From Polyangiaceae bacterium (lineage in GTDB: Bacteria; Myxococcota_A; Polyangia; Polyangiales; Polyangiaceae), in contig JAXLYR010000002.1 of assembly GCA_046351325.1 (NCBI GenBank), positions 688,334-752,333 on the forward strand: DNA of 64,000 nt, read 5' to 3'. Of this stretch, positions 48,362 to 62,712 are shown in pieces. The translations under genes and the position numbers were made by a program. The notes beneath the pieces are model-generated. The model made no database searches, was not told where the DNA came from, and saw nothing but the letters and a program-made list of their open reading frames with translations. How positions within the stretch are numbered: the stretch's first letter is position 1; the number at the start of each line of letters is the position of its first letter.

Positions 48362-49788
48362 TCAGGCGACGACCGAGAGGGCGCGCCGGCCCTCGAGGAA
48401 GGTCGACGATGCGGCCGCGATTCGACCCTCCGCGATGGCCCACACGATGAGGCCCGCGCCGCGGCGAGCGTCCCCATGATGAAGACGTTCGCGGCGCGCG
48501 CGTGACCCGCGAGAGCCCGGCCGCGTCCGCGCCGAGGTTGCCGCGCGCGTCGACCTCGACGCCGAGCTCGGCGTAGAGCGGCTCGGCGCGACGCCGGTGA
48601 AGCCCGTCGCGACGAGCACGAGACCGGCCGGCTGCACGACCTCCGTGTCGGGGACGATGATGAAGGCACCGAACGAATCTCTGCGAGCCTCGGAAGAGAC
48701 GCGCGACGCGACTGTTGCCTCGAGGCGTTGGCCGTGATGCGAGCGAAGATGCGCCGCCCTTCGTGCGCGGCGGAGGTTCGGTGCACGAGCGGCCACTGGC
48801 CAAGGGTTCTCGCTCGCGCGGCGCTCGCCTGGTGGCCGCGGCATGATCTCGATCTGCGACGCCGCGCGCGCGCCCTGGCGGTGTGCGGTCCCGAGGCAAT
48901 CCGCGCCCGTGTCGCCGCCGCCGAGGATCACGACGTCAGTGCCCTGCGGCGTCGATGCGAGCGTCCGCGGGATCCCGTCCCCTGCGACCACGCGGTTCTG
49001 CTGCGTGAGGTACCCATCGCGGGGCGCACGCCGGGCAGGTCCTCAATGGGCACGCCGAGGCGGCGCGGCGCTTCGGCGCCGACGGCGAGCCCGATCGCGT
49101 CGAACTCGGCGAGGAGCCCGCGCCGCGCACGTCCTTGCCGACCTCGACGCCGGCACACGAAGCGCACGCCCTCTCCGCGGAGCTGCTCGAGCCGCCGGTC
49201 GATCAGCGCCTTTTCCATCTTGAAATCGGGAATTCCGTACCGGAGCAGGCCCCCTGGTCGATCGGCCTTCTCGTAGACGGTGACCGCGCGGCCGCGGCGC
49301 GCGAGCCCTTGCAGGTGCACGCGAGGCCCGCCGGGCCTGAGCCGGACGATCGCGACGCGCTTGCCGTTCGCCGCGCGCCGCGAAGATGCGGGCGCGGGGG
49401 CGAGCTCCGCCGAGGTGATGTGATCGGCGATCACGCGCTCGATCTGCTTGATGGGTGACGGGCTGATCGTTGATCGACAGCACGCACGCGGGCTCACAAG
49501 GCGCGGGGCAGAGCCGGCTGGTGAAGGGGGAAGTTGTTCGTCGCCTCGAGGCGTCGGCTGCGCGCGGGGTCCCCGCGATAGACGAGGTCGGTCTTCCACC
49601 CGGGGATGAGGCTGCCGAGCGGACAGCCGCGATGATAACCGATGCCGCAGTCCATGCAGCGGCCCGCCTGTGCCCGAGCCTTCGGCCTGGCGAGCGCGCT
49701 CGAACTCGCGGTAGTCGCGGACGCGCTCCTCGATCGGACGCTTCTTCGCCGTCTCGCGCGGCGTTCCATGAACCGTCGGCTTGCCCAT
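48362..49788 (-). pseudogene. gltD: Glutamate synthase small subunit (gltD), five or more frameshifts
   Basis: GltD segments are recognisable in all three minus-strand frames: MGKPT..RPIEERVRDYREF; CMDCGIGYHRGCPLGSLIPGWKTDLVYRG..ATNNFP; KRVAIV; VTVYEKADRPGGLLRYGIPDFKMEKALIDRRLEQLRGEGVRF; DVVILGGGDTGADCLGTAHRQGA. Confidence 0.6.
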
Positions 49789-50127
49789 CGCGCTACTCCG
49801 CCGCCACGAGGTGGACCTTCTGTTTCCTCGCGCCTCAATGTACGCGCTCGAGTCGAAGTGGCAGGACCTTTGACGAGCTCGGCCTTCGCGGTGGCCCAGC
49901 CGTCGACGAGGCGCCGCCCGAGCACGCTACCGGTGAGTCGATGTGGCGGTTCACCGTCGCCAGCACGAAGTCCTCGTCGGCCTCGGTCAGCGTGGTGAGC
50001 CGCACCATCTCCGGGTTCACGCGCAGGGCGAGCGCGCCCGTGCGATCCCACACGAACGCGAGCCCGCCGCTCATGCCAAGCCGCGAAGTTGCGACCCGTC
50101 TCACCGAGCAGATCACGCGGCCGCCGG

Positions 50128-54507
<4,380 letters not shown>

Positions 54508-54736
54508 CTGACGCGACGCATTGTGCCCCGGTGTGACGCGCTGCCCAAGCGAATTTCTTCGTTTTCTCTCCACGAGCTACCTCGTTTTGACGCACACGTT
54601 GCCGCACCTCGGGCGCGACCCGCCGCCGCGCTCGATCTCGCTTGACATCGAGATCGTGCCCTCGACTCGGACCATGACTGCCGTCAACTCGCGCAGCGCG
54701 GCTCCCGCCCACGATGACCTCCCCAGGAGGTCTCCT

Positions 54737-56278
54737 TTGAAAGTCGTCCTCATCAACCCGAACCGCGAGCAGATGCCTTGGCCGACGGTGCCGAGCGGTC
54801 TCGCGATCGTCGCCAGCGCCCTCGCCGCCGAGGGACACACGGTCTCGCTCGTCGATCTCACCTTCTCGAAGGACCCGCGCCGCGACCTTCGGCGCGCGCT
54901 GCGTTCACAGTCACCCGAGCTCGTCGGCGTGACGATCCGCAACCTCGACAACTGCAACTTCGAGGAGCCCGTCTTCTATTTGCCGGCGATCCGCGACGAC
55001 GTGATCACGACCGTGCGCGCGACCTGTCCCGGCGTGCCCGTCGTCATCGGCGGGAGCGGCGTGAACGTCGCGCCCCGCGAGACGCTCGCGTTCCTCGGCG
55101 CGGACTACGCGCTCGTCGGCGACGGCGAGGAGTCGATGGTCGCGTTCACCGAGGCGATCGAAAGCGGTCGGAGCCTCGCGTCCGTCCCCGGCCTGCTCTC
55201 GCGCGACGAAGCCCCCGCGCCGCGCGCGCCCGCTGTTCCACGCGCCGAGGTGAAGGACTTTCGCTGCTCGGTCCGCAGCCACGCCCACCGCTGGGTCGAC
55301 CTCGGGCGCTACGCCGCGCTCGGCGCGCCCTATCCCATCCAGACGAAGCGCGGCTGCACCCAGTCGTGTTCGTATTGCGTCTACAGCCGCGTCGAAGGGC
55401 GAGCGTTTCGCCTGCGCGATCCTCGCGAGGTCGCAGACGAGATCGAGTTCGTCGTGCGGACCTACGGCGTGAAGCGCGTCGACTTCGTGGACTCGACGTT
55501 CAACCTGCCGCTCGGCCACGCCATCGCGGTCTCGGACGAGCTCGCGCGTCGCGCGCTGCCCGTCGAGCTCTCGACGATGGGTCTGAACCCCGCGGCCATC
55601 ACCGCGCCGCTCCTCTCCTCCATGCGGCGGGCCGGCTTCGCGAACGTCATGTGCACGCCCGAGAGCGCTTCGGAGCTGACGCTCGCGACGCTCGGCAAGG
55701 CCTTCTCCAAGAAGGAGGTGATCCGCGCGGCAGAGGTCCTCCGCGAGGCGCGCATGCCGACCTATTGGTTTTTCATGTTCGGCGCCCCCGGCGAGACCAT
55801 GGAGACCGTCTTCGAGACGCTCGCGTTCTGCGAGAAGCACATCCCACCGACCGATATGGTCCTCTTCACGACCGGCATTCGCGTCTACGAAGGCACCGCG
55901 CTCGCGGCGCACTGCAGGGAGACTGGCTGGTTCGAAGCCAGCGACTCGCTCTTCGAGCCCTCTTGGTATGTGTCTCCGACGCTCGACCTCCACGAGTTCT
56001 ATCGCGTGCTCGTCGACGCCGTTCTCACGCACCCGAACTGGATGACGAACGCCGAGACCGTCGTCGATCCCAAGCGCGCTGCGCTGATGAAGCGCGTCTT
56101 CCAACTCCTCGGTTGGCGCGGCGCCTTCTGGCAGCATCTGCCGAAGGTATTTCGCTGGGCCCACCGCGCCCGGGCACGCGGCCTCGAGGAGCGGCTCCAG
56201 CGGCTCGGCGAGATCACCGACATCGCCCATCGCCGAGCGCAGCGCCGAGCATCCCCGGCCAATTCATCGGCGATGTAG
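54737..56278 (+). CDS. B12-binding domain radical SAM enzyme (class B)
   Basis: TTG start 6 nt after AGGAGG. N-terminal cobalamin-binding Rossmann-like domain (KVVLINP...VSLVDL). Radical SAM CxxxCxxC (CTQSCSYC). Confidence 0.75.
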   Translation: MKVVLINPNREQMPWPTVPSGLAIVASALAAEGHTVSLVDLTFSKDPRRDLRRALRSQSPELVGVTIRNLDNCNFEEPVFYLPAIRDDVITTVRATCPGVPVVIGGSGVNVAPRETLAFLGADYALVGDGEESMVAFTEAIESGRSLASVPGLLSRDEAPAPRAPAVPRAEVKDFRCSVRSHAHRWVDLGRYAALGAPYPIQTKRGCTQSCSYCVYSRVEGRAFRLRDPREVADEIEFVVRTYGVKRVDFVDSTFNLPLGHAIAVSDELARRALPVELSTMGLNPAAITAPLLSSMRRAGFANVMCTPESASELTLATLGKAFSKKEVIRAAEVLREARMPTYWFFMFGAPGETMETVFETLAFCEKHIPPTDMVLFTTGIRVYEGTALAAHCRETGWFEASDSLFEPSWYVSPTLDLHEFYRVLVDAVLTHPNWMTNAETVVDPKRAALMKRVFQLLGWRGAFWQHLPKVFRWAHRARARGLEERLQRLGEITDIAHRRAQRRASPANSSAM

Positions 56279-57400
56279 GTCGCGACGAACGCTCTCGCAT
56301 GGGTGGTCGGGGCTGCGGCTGGAGCTCGAGAGCACACGCACCGGGACCAGCCAGGAGTCTGGGCGGCAACGCAGAGGGCCCGGAATACCAATTGGCCCTC
56401 GCACCTCGGAGACCCCTAGGCACCACCCAAGATAGGGAAACTCGAACGCACCCAAGGTTCCAGGTGGGGGGATCGTGAGGGCGACGTCGTTCGGAGGCGG
56501 CTCCCGCGCGAGCCGCTGGAGGAGGTTCTGCTCCTTCGCGACGACGAAGGTTCGACCTTCCACTGCATAGAGCCAAACAGCGTCGTCGGATTCGTTGGAG
56601 GCTTCGCGCCAACTGAGCCTGAGCTGGTGGATTCCATTCCTCATGCGCTCGTCGTCGACGTGGACCTCGAACGTCGATGTCCGCTCGCCAGGGTCCTCGT
56701 ATACCCACTTGTTCCCGAGCGCGAGCGGGAGTCCCGGACTGCTCTCTTCTGCCCTGACGACGAGTCTCCTGTGACGCGTGACCCTCAAGAATGGGCGGCC
56801 GGCGACGACGTCGACCGTCATCTGACCGAGCTCGTTGGCCTTGAACGACCCGCCGGTGATCCCCCAACCACTCGGGAGCGAGTTGGGGCGCAATTGGTAT
56901 TCGTAACCGGCATGCACCCAATCGCCCCAAGCGTCCGTGAGGGGTGGCATCGCGCCGACGCCTAGCAAATACACTGGATAGAGACCGCCCAGCAGGGATA
57001 AGCCCCATACCGCGAGCTGCACAATTCGGCGCGCGAAGAACGGACCTACCCGCGCTTCGTCGCCGGACCACGCGATCGCGAGCCTGGAGAGGCGGACGCC
57101 CGTGAGCAACAGTGCCCCGACCTCGAGCAGCCCCAGCTCGGGGAAAATCAGAACTATCGCCGAGCGGCCGTGGACGAACGCAGAGCCGGTGCCCAATAGC
57201 AGCAGCAAACCCGCGGCAATGAACGATACCTGACGAATCACCTTCGCCTGAGCGGTCGCTTCGTCTCGCCGGCCCACGCTCGCGCGTGCGCGCCGGTGCG
57301 CCCACTCCGCCAGCGCCGCCGCGATCAGCGCTGGCGCGACTGGCCAGAAAGCGACCGCATAGGTGGTGTCATCGACCGTGCGCTCCAACATGCAGCGCAC
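56264..57400 (-). CDS. Hypothetical membrane protein (4 N-terminal TM helices plus C-terminal soluble domain)
   Basis: Hydrophobic N-terminus. No motif recognised. Confidence 0.4.
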   Translation of the reverse strand: MRCMLERTVDDTTYAVAFWPVAPALIAAALAEWAHRRARASVGRRDEATAQAKVIRQVSFIAAGLLLLLGTGSAFVHGRSAIVLIFPELGLLEVGALLLTGVRLSRLAIAWSGDEARVGPFFARRIVQLAVWGLSLLGGLYPVYLLGVGAMPPLTDAWGDWVHAGYEYQLRPNSLPSGWGITGGSFKANELGQMTVDVVAGRPFLRVTRHRRLVVRAEESSPGLPLALGNKWVYEDPGERTSTFEVHVDDERMRNGIHQLRLSWREASNESDDAVWLYAVEGRTFVVAKEQNLLQRLAREPPPNDVALTIPPPGTLGAFEFPYLGWCLGVSEVRGPIGIPGPLRCRPDSWLVPVRVLSSSSRSPDHPCESVRRDLHRR

Positions 57401-57448
57401 AGCCTAAGTGGCAGCCCGCTTGGCCGCCAGGCGGCGCGGGAATGACGT

Positions 57449-57694
57449 TTGGCTGGCGGCCCTTTCCCGGGGATTGTCTCGGGCTCAGCGCTTTTGGCGG
57501 TGGTGATCCAGCGTGTCCTCCGTCAACACTTCGGAGAGTTCAAACGCTGCTACGACAATGGGCAGGGAGCAACCCCAACCTCAAGGGATCAGGGAGTCAT
57601 AAACTGCCTGACAAAGGCCTTCTATCAAATCACCTTCCCGCAGCCTGACGGCGGGGTCGCGAAGGTCAGCTACCCGCTCTACTTTACGCCCTGA
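57449..57694 (+). pseudogene. Truncated AgmX/PglI C-terminal-domain remnant
   Basis: The 81-aa ORF retains only VIQRVLRQHFGEFKRCYDNG...VINCLTKAFYQITFPQPDGGVAKVSYPLYF. It lacks the signal peptide, linker and middle block of the full copy at 27840..28559. Confidence 0.4.
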
Positions 57695-57714
57695 TGCTGA
57701 CACTTTGGTAATTG

Positions 57715-58446
57715 TCATCCGTGGGAGCTGCGCTCGAGCTCGTTCAGGCGGGCGCGGAGGGCCGCATCCTCTTGCATTGAGAGCGCCATCCGGAACGCCT
57801 CGATCGCGGAGAGGCTGTTCTTGAGTCGGTCCGCGTAAACATTGCCCAAATCGCGCCAGAGCTCGAAGACTACGTTCTTGGGGGCGCTCGCGTGAACAGT
57901 ACGACGGAGCATCCTGCGATAGTTGCGCTCGAGGAGGCTCCAGTCAGAGAGCCGAGTCAAGGTGCGTACAATCTTCTCGAAGGGTGCCAGGCGCGTCCAG
58001 TCGAGCTCCAGGGCTTGATTCCAGGCCTCGATGGCTTCCTCGTGCTGACCGAGCTGTTCGGCGAGTTGACCGAGGAGTTCATGATAGCGAGCCACCCTTT
58101 CTTGCGCGACGCGCGGCATGGGGACTTGCTCGGGTTCGAGCGCGATCATCCTCTTAACCAGAGCGATCATCCGTGGGTAGTCCTGCGCCTGCCCAGCCTC
58201 GTCGAGCGCCTGCCGCAGCGCCTCGAGGGTATCGGGTGTTTCCGTGCCGCCAGTCGGCGTCGCCTCTTTTGGAGGCAGGCTCTCTAGGGGTATTGCGGCC
58301 CATTTCTGCGCCTCGGCGCTCGGGAGGTCGAAGGCATCCATGAGGATGCGCTCGACCATGAAGTCGGTGCAGAGCGCTCGCTTCAATGCGGCGACGAGCA
58401 CCTCGAGTCGGATTGTCTTGGATACATTCTCTCTAGCGTCGGGCAT
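57715..58446 (-). CDS. TPR-repeat protein
   Basis: Helical repeat pattern (AIEAWNQALELD, AIEAFRMALSMQ). Confidence 0.5.
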   Translation of the reverse strand: MPDARENVSKTIRLEVLVAALKRALCTDFMVERILMDAFDLPSAEAQKWAAIPLESLPPKEATPTGGTETPDTLEALRQALDEAGQAQDYPRMIALVKRMIALEPEQVPMPRVAQERVARYHELLGQLAEQLGQHEEAIEAWNQALELDWTRLAPFEKIVRTLTRLSDWSLLERNYRRMLRRTVHASAPKNVVFELWRDLGNVYADRLKNSLSAIEAFRMALSMQEDAALRARLNELERSSHG

Positions 58447-58556
58447 GGGCGTCTTCTCTTGGCGGGTGAAATGGCCGAAGGGAGCCATTCAGAGGAGAGC
58501 TTGACGACGGCCGCACCGCTATCCAAACCGGCACACTTCTCGCTGGCGCGAGGCCC

Positions 58557-59192
58557 ATGCTTTGCTTTCGCACCCGCTCGGCAGGCCGTGCCTTCGGCGA
58601 GGTAGGGCGTTCGTGTCAGGGGAGGTTCGTCCTCGCCAGCCTTTTGGGGATTGGGGTCATCTGCATCGTCTCTCCAGCGCGCGCTGACGAGCCCTACGCA
58701 TTGCGCTTCGGGGTCAGCGGTGGATTGGGCGTCCTATTTTCACCTGGGCACAGCTCCGTCCCGACACCGACTGGAGAGTCTCAGGACTTTTTTGCCGGAG
58801 GTATTGGCGGCGATGTTCGCCTGGGCGTCCAGCTCGGCCCCTATGTGGCAATCGACGTGCAGGTCCTCGCAGAGACGCTCCTACTCGCAGGTGACCTGCG
58901 CGCCGCGGCGCTCTTCGAAGTCGCGCCTATCCCGCAGTTCGCGTTTGCGCTCGGCGGTGGGGTGGGCACGATGTTCTCCGCCAACTTCTTCTTCGACAGT
59001 CCGTCAGCCGACTTCGCGAGTGGCTTCATCCGGCTCGAGGGCCGACTCGCGTCTTCGTACGACGATATGCGTGAGGACGGGCAGTTCGTGTTCGGCGGAG
59101 AATGTCAGTTCGGATATGTCTTCAGAGGCTCGCTGCCGGAGGGCGCCGCCCTCATCGGGCCGCGGGCCTTCGTGGGGATCCTCTTGCGGTGA
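58557..59192 (+). CDS. Secreted hypothetical protein, probable outer-membrane beta-barrel
   Basis: Signal peptide (ARA-DEP), alternating hydrophobic beta-strand pattern, C-terminal aromatic-rich strand. Confidence 0.4.
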   Translation: MLCFRTRSAGRAFGEVGRSCQGRFVLASLLGIGVICIVSPARADEPYALRFGVSGGLGVLFSPGHSSVPTPTGESQDFFAGGIGGDVRLGVQLGPYVAIDVQVLAETLLLAGDLRAAALFEVAPIPQFAFALGGGVGTMFSANFFFDSPSADFASGFIRLEGRLASSYDDMREDGQFVFGGECQFGYVFRGSLPEGAALIGPRAFVGILLR

Positions 59193-59241
59193 CCAGCGCG
59201 CCCGGGCTTGACTTTCTGCGCGCGGCGGCAACGCTCGCTCG

Positions 59242-59892
59242 ATGCTGTTTGGTTCCAAAAAGGCCGTCATGCCAACCCCCGCCGACGCTCTGCCCGGTCG
59301 CAGCGCGCCCGCGTTCGACATCAGCCCGCGGCACGTGGTAACTGGCGCTCCCATGCGGCCCCCGTGGCCCGACAACCTCGCTCTCGCGATGTTCGGGATG
59401 GGGTGCTTCTGGGGCGCCGAGCGCAAGTTCTGGCAGGTCCAGGGCGTCGTCTCGACCCAAGTCGGATATGCGGCAGGCCTTACGCCGCATCCCACTTACC
59501 GCGAGGTCTGTACCGGCCTCACCGGCCACAATGAGGTCGTTCGCGTCGTCTTCGACCCGAGCCTCGTCCCGTACTCCCAATTGCTCCGTGTCTTTTGGGA
59601 GAGCCACGACCCGACCCAGGGGATGCGCCAGGGCGCCGACAGGGGCACCCAATACCGCTCAGGCATCTATGTCTACGGCGGGGAGCAGCGCGCCGCTGCG
59701 GAGGCAACGAAGACCGAATTCGGCGGCGCGCTCTCACGCGCCGGCTACGGTCCAATCACGACCGAGATCCTGGACGCCCCCGAGTTCTATTACGCAGAGG
59801 ACTACCACCAGCAATATCTGCACAAGAACCCAGACGGCTATTGTGGACTCGGTGGTACGGGCGTGAGCTGCCCAGTCGGCCCGCGGCTCTGA
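59242..59892 (+). CDS. msrA: Peptide methionine sulfoxide reductase A
   Basis: GCFWG active-site motif, MRQGxDxGTQYRS block, and near-collinear with E. coli MsrA from the N-terminus (PADALPGR). Confidence 0.9.
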   Translation: MLFGSKKAVMPTPADALPGRSAPAFDISPRHVVTGAPMRPPWPDNLALAMFGMGCFWGAERKFWQVQGVVSTQVGYAAGLTPHPTYREVCTGLTGHNEVVRVVFDPSLVPYSQLLRVFWESHDPTQGMRQGADRGTQYRSGIYVYGGEQRAAAEATKTEFGGALSRAGYGPITTEILDAPEFYYAEDYHQQYLHKNPDGYCGLGGTGVSCPVGPRL

Positions 59893-59955
59893 GGGCTCCG
59901 TTCGCTTGCCCAACAGGTTTGGGCCGGCGGCGCGCTCCACGTATCCTCCGCCCGC

Positions 59956-61632
59956 GTGACCCCGGCCCTCGAGACGACTGACTGCCCTCACGCGGCCTCG
60001 TGCCCGGGCTGCACCCGGCTCGGGCAACCGTATGAGCAGCAACGATCCGAGAAGCGGGAGATCCTCGCGCGCGAGCTCGGTCGCTACCCGAGGCTCGCGG
60101 ACGTCGCGCAGTCGTGCACGCTGCGCGGCGCCGGGAGCACGCTCGGCTACCGCACCCGCGCGAAGTGGGTCGTGGGCCCCTCGGGCGAGGTCGGACTCTA
60201 CGGATCCGAGCACCGCGTGCTCGATTTGCCGGGGTGTATCGCGGTCGAGTCCGCCATCTCGATCGCAACAGCGCGGCTGCGCGCCGCGCTCGCGGAGCCG
60301 CGCTTCCGAGCCCTCGCGCCGAGGCTGCGGGGCGCCGACGTCCGCGCGACCTCGACGGGGCGTGTCCTCGTCACGCTCGTCGCGCTCGGCGAGGGCGGCG
60401 CGCCCGATCCGAGCGTCGTGCCGCTCGCGAGAGAGCTCGCGCGCTCGCTGTGCGACGGCGCGAGCGCGGCGGAGGGCGCGGTCGCGGGGGTCGCGATCTC
60501 CTGGATTTCACCTCGCTCGCCGCAGGTGCTTGGCGCGGGGCACGAGCTCCTCGCGGGGGTGGCGGAGCTCGAGGATCCCATCGGCGGCGCGCGGGTCCTC
60601 GCGACCTTCGGGGCCTTCGTGCAGGCGCATCGCGAGCAGGCCGCCGCGATCTCACGCGAGCTCGCGGAAGGCGTTGGAGCTTTGGGCGCGTCCCCGCGCG
60701 TGCTCGAGCTCTTCGCGGGCTCGGGCGCGCTCGGGCTCGCGCTCGCAGCACGCGGCGCCGCAGTCGAGTTCGTCGAGGCCTTCGCGCCCGCCGCCGAGCG
60801 CATCTCGCGAGCCGCCGAGGGGCTCGGCGTCGCGGTGCGCGTTCACGCCGCGGACGCTGAGGATTTCCTCGTCTGCGCGACCGAAGGTTGGGACGTCGTG
60901 CTCGTCGATCCACCGCGTCGAGGGCTTCGTCCTCCGCTCCGCGCGGCCCTCGCGGCGCGCCGGCCCGCGCTCGTCGGCTACGTGTCTTGTGACCCGCGGA
61001 CGCTCGCGCGAGACCTCGATCACTTCGCGCGCCTCGGCTACACGACCCGCGAGGTGATCGGCTTCGACATGATGCCGAACACCGACCAGATCGAGGCGCT
61101 CGCGTGGCTCGTGCCGGCGACCGCGCCCGAGGAGAAATCCAGCTCGGAGCTCGATCCGTACGAGCCGAGAAAGGACGCGCTCGCTCCACCCGAGGGCGCG
61201 AGCGGCGCGGTGCTCTCGGGTCGCAAGAGCGAGCTCGTGCGCGTTCGCTTCACGGCGATCGCGGTCCTCGTCGGCGTCCCCCACGAGAAGGGCCGCGTCC
61301 ACGCAAAGAACGTCGAGGCTCGCTATCGACGCGTCGCGATCGCCTCGGGGCACGCGCTCGTCGCGCTCGAGGGCAGCGGCGATCCGCGTGGGCTTTTGCC
61401 TGCGTTCGCGCGCATCGGACACGCGATCGCGGGCGACCCCAGGGCGGCCGCGTCGACCCGACACCTCTTCGAGCGGCACGGGCTCGACCGCCTCGCGCTC
61501 CACCTCACGCGGCTCGAGGCAGGCGCTCGCAGCAGCTCGAGCGCTCGCGTGGCGCCCGATCTCGGCGGCTTCCTCGCGAGCCTCGGCTTCACGGAGCACG
61601 ACGTCGCGGGCCTCGCAGCTCCGGAGCGCTGA
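59956..61632 (+). CDS. RumA/TrmA-family RNA (uracil-5-)-methyltransferase fused to a partial RluA-like pseudouridine synthase C-terminal module
   Basis: N-terminal Cys cluster CPHAASCPGC, SAM motifs LELFAGSGALG and DPPRRG, nucleophile region VSCDP. The C-terminal 170 aa show an RluA-like pattern (GRVHAKN...GHAIAGDPR...RLALHLTRLE). Confidence 0.65.
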   Translation: MTPALETTDCPHAASCPGCTRLGQPYEQQRSEKREILARELGRYPRLADVAQSCTLRGAGSTLGYRTRAKWVVGPSGEVGLYGSEHRVLDLPGCIAVESAISIATARLRAALAEPRFRALAPRLRGADVRATSTGRVLVTLVALGEGGAPDPSVVPLARELARSLCDGASAAEGAVAGVAISWISPRSPQVLGAGHELLAGVAELEDPIGGARVLATFGAFVQAHREQAAAISRELAEGVGALGASPRVLELFAGSGALGLALAARGAAVEFVEAFAPAAERISRAAEGLGVAVRVHAADAEDFLVCATEGWDVVLVDPPRRGLRPPLRAALAARRPALVGYVSCDPRTLARDLDHFARLGYTTREVIGFDMMPNTDQIEALAWLVPATAPEEKSSSELDPYEPRKDALAPPEGASGAVLSGRKSELVRVRFTAIAVLVGVPHEKGRVHAKNVEARYRRVAIASGHALVALEGSGDPRGLLPAFARIGHAIAGDPRAAASTRHLFERHGLDRLALHLTRLEAGARSSSSARVAPDLGGFLASLGFTEHDVAGLAAPER

Positions 61633-61637
61633 CGAGC

Positions 61638-62534
61638 TCACGCGAGTGAGCGCACGACAGCCTCGATCTCGCCGGGAGCAGGCAGTCCGACGTTCGCGAG
61701 CGCGCGGCAGAACGTCGACGTCGACGCGAACCCGACGGCGTTCGCGACCGTCGCGGCCGTCGCGTCGGGCGCCGTCATGAGCGTCGCGCCCATGAGCAAC
61801 CGCCAGCGATTGCGCGTGTCCCGCCAGCCCGAGGCGTTGAACCCGTAGCGCTCGTTGAACTCGCTCACGAGGCGATTCAGCTGCCGCGCGCTCAAGCCGA
61901 GGTGCTTCTCGAGGTCGATCATCATCGGCGCCCCGTGCAGGTTCGATTGGAGGGTGTCGAGCGCTCGGCCGAGCTTCGCGATGGCGTCGCTGACGGGCTC
62001 GCAGAGATCGGCCTCGGACGACGGCGCGAGCGGGACGCCTGCGTCGCGCAGCGCGGCCCACGCTCGGGTGACGGGCGCGGTGACCTTCGTCGCGTCGTCT
62101 CCAGCCTTCGAGAGAGCGCTCGCCACGGTCTCGAGCTCGCGAAGCGTCGCAGCGCTCGCTCGCTGCTTCGAGAGCGGGGTCGGTAGCTCTCCGCCGAGCT
62201 TGCCAGGCTCCCACTCGCACATGACCGCGCGATACCGCGGGCCCTCCTGGCGCATGAGCACGGCGCCCTTGCGGGCGATCAAACACAGGTCGCCGGGGAT
62301 CAGATCCTCGACGCCCTCGGGGACGCGGACCTTCGCTTTGCCCTCGAGGAGCACGGTGACGGCTGGTCGCCCGACGGCGCCCCGCCGGTCGAAGCCCCGC
62401 ACGAGGAGCGCGTCCTCGGAGACCACGTTGCGCCGGAAGACCGCGTGCATCCGATACCCCGAGTGGACGACCGCGTGGGTCGCTAGCTGGGTCTCGCTGT
62501 CGGGGAGCTCCACGGTGCGATGGGAGAGCAGCAT
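61638..62534 (-). CDS. AraC-family transcriptional regulator
   Basis: C-terminal double HTH (IDLEKHLGLSARQLNRLVSE...VANAVGFASTSTFCRAL). Confidence 0.7.
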   Translation of the reverse strand: MLLSHRTVELPDSETQLATHAVVHSGYRMHAVFRRNVVSEDALLVRGFDRRGAVGRPAVTVLLEGKAKVRVPEGVEDLIPGDLCLIARKGAVLMRQEGPRYRAVMCEWEPGKLGGELPTPLSKQRASAATLRELETVASALSKAGDDATKVTAPVTRAWAALRDAGVPLAPSSEADLCEPVSDAIAKLGRALDTLQSNLHGAPMMIDLEKHLGLSARQLNRLVSEFNERYGFNASGWRDTRNRWRLLMGATLMTAPDATAATVANAVGFASTSTFCRALANVGLPAPGEIEAVVRSLA

Positions 62535-62712
62535 CCTGACGAGCGACGGATGATCCCACGAGCGAGGCCGACTTTGCACGCGCGAGCGTGCGCGTCGGTC
62601 TTCTGCGTGTCCGAAAATGCAAACAGCGCGAGTCGGCGGCGCTCTCTAGGTTGATTCGAGTCGAATCGTTTGACCCCCAAACATCGAGGGGTCTCTTCCC
62701 TGGAGGAACTGC

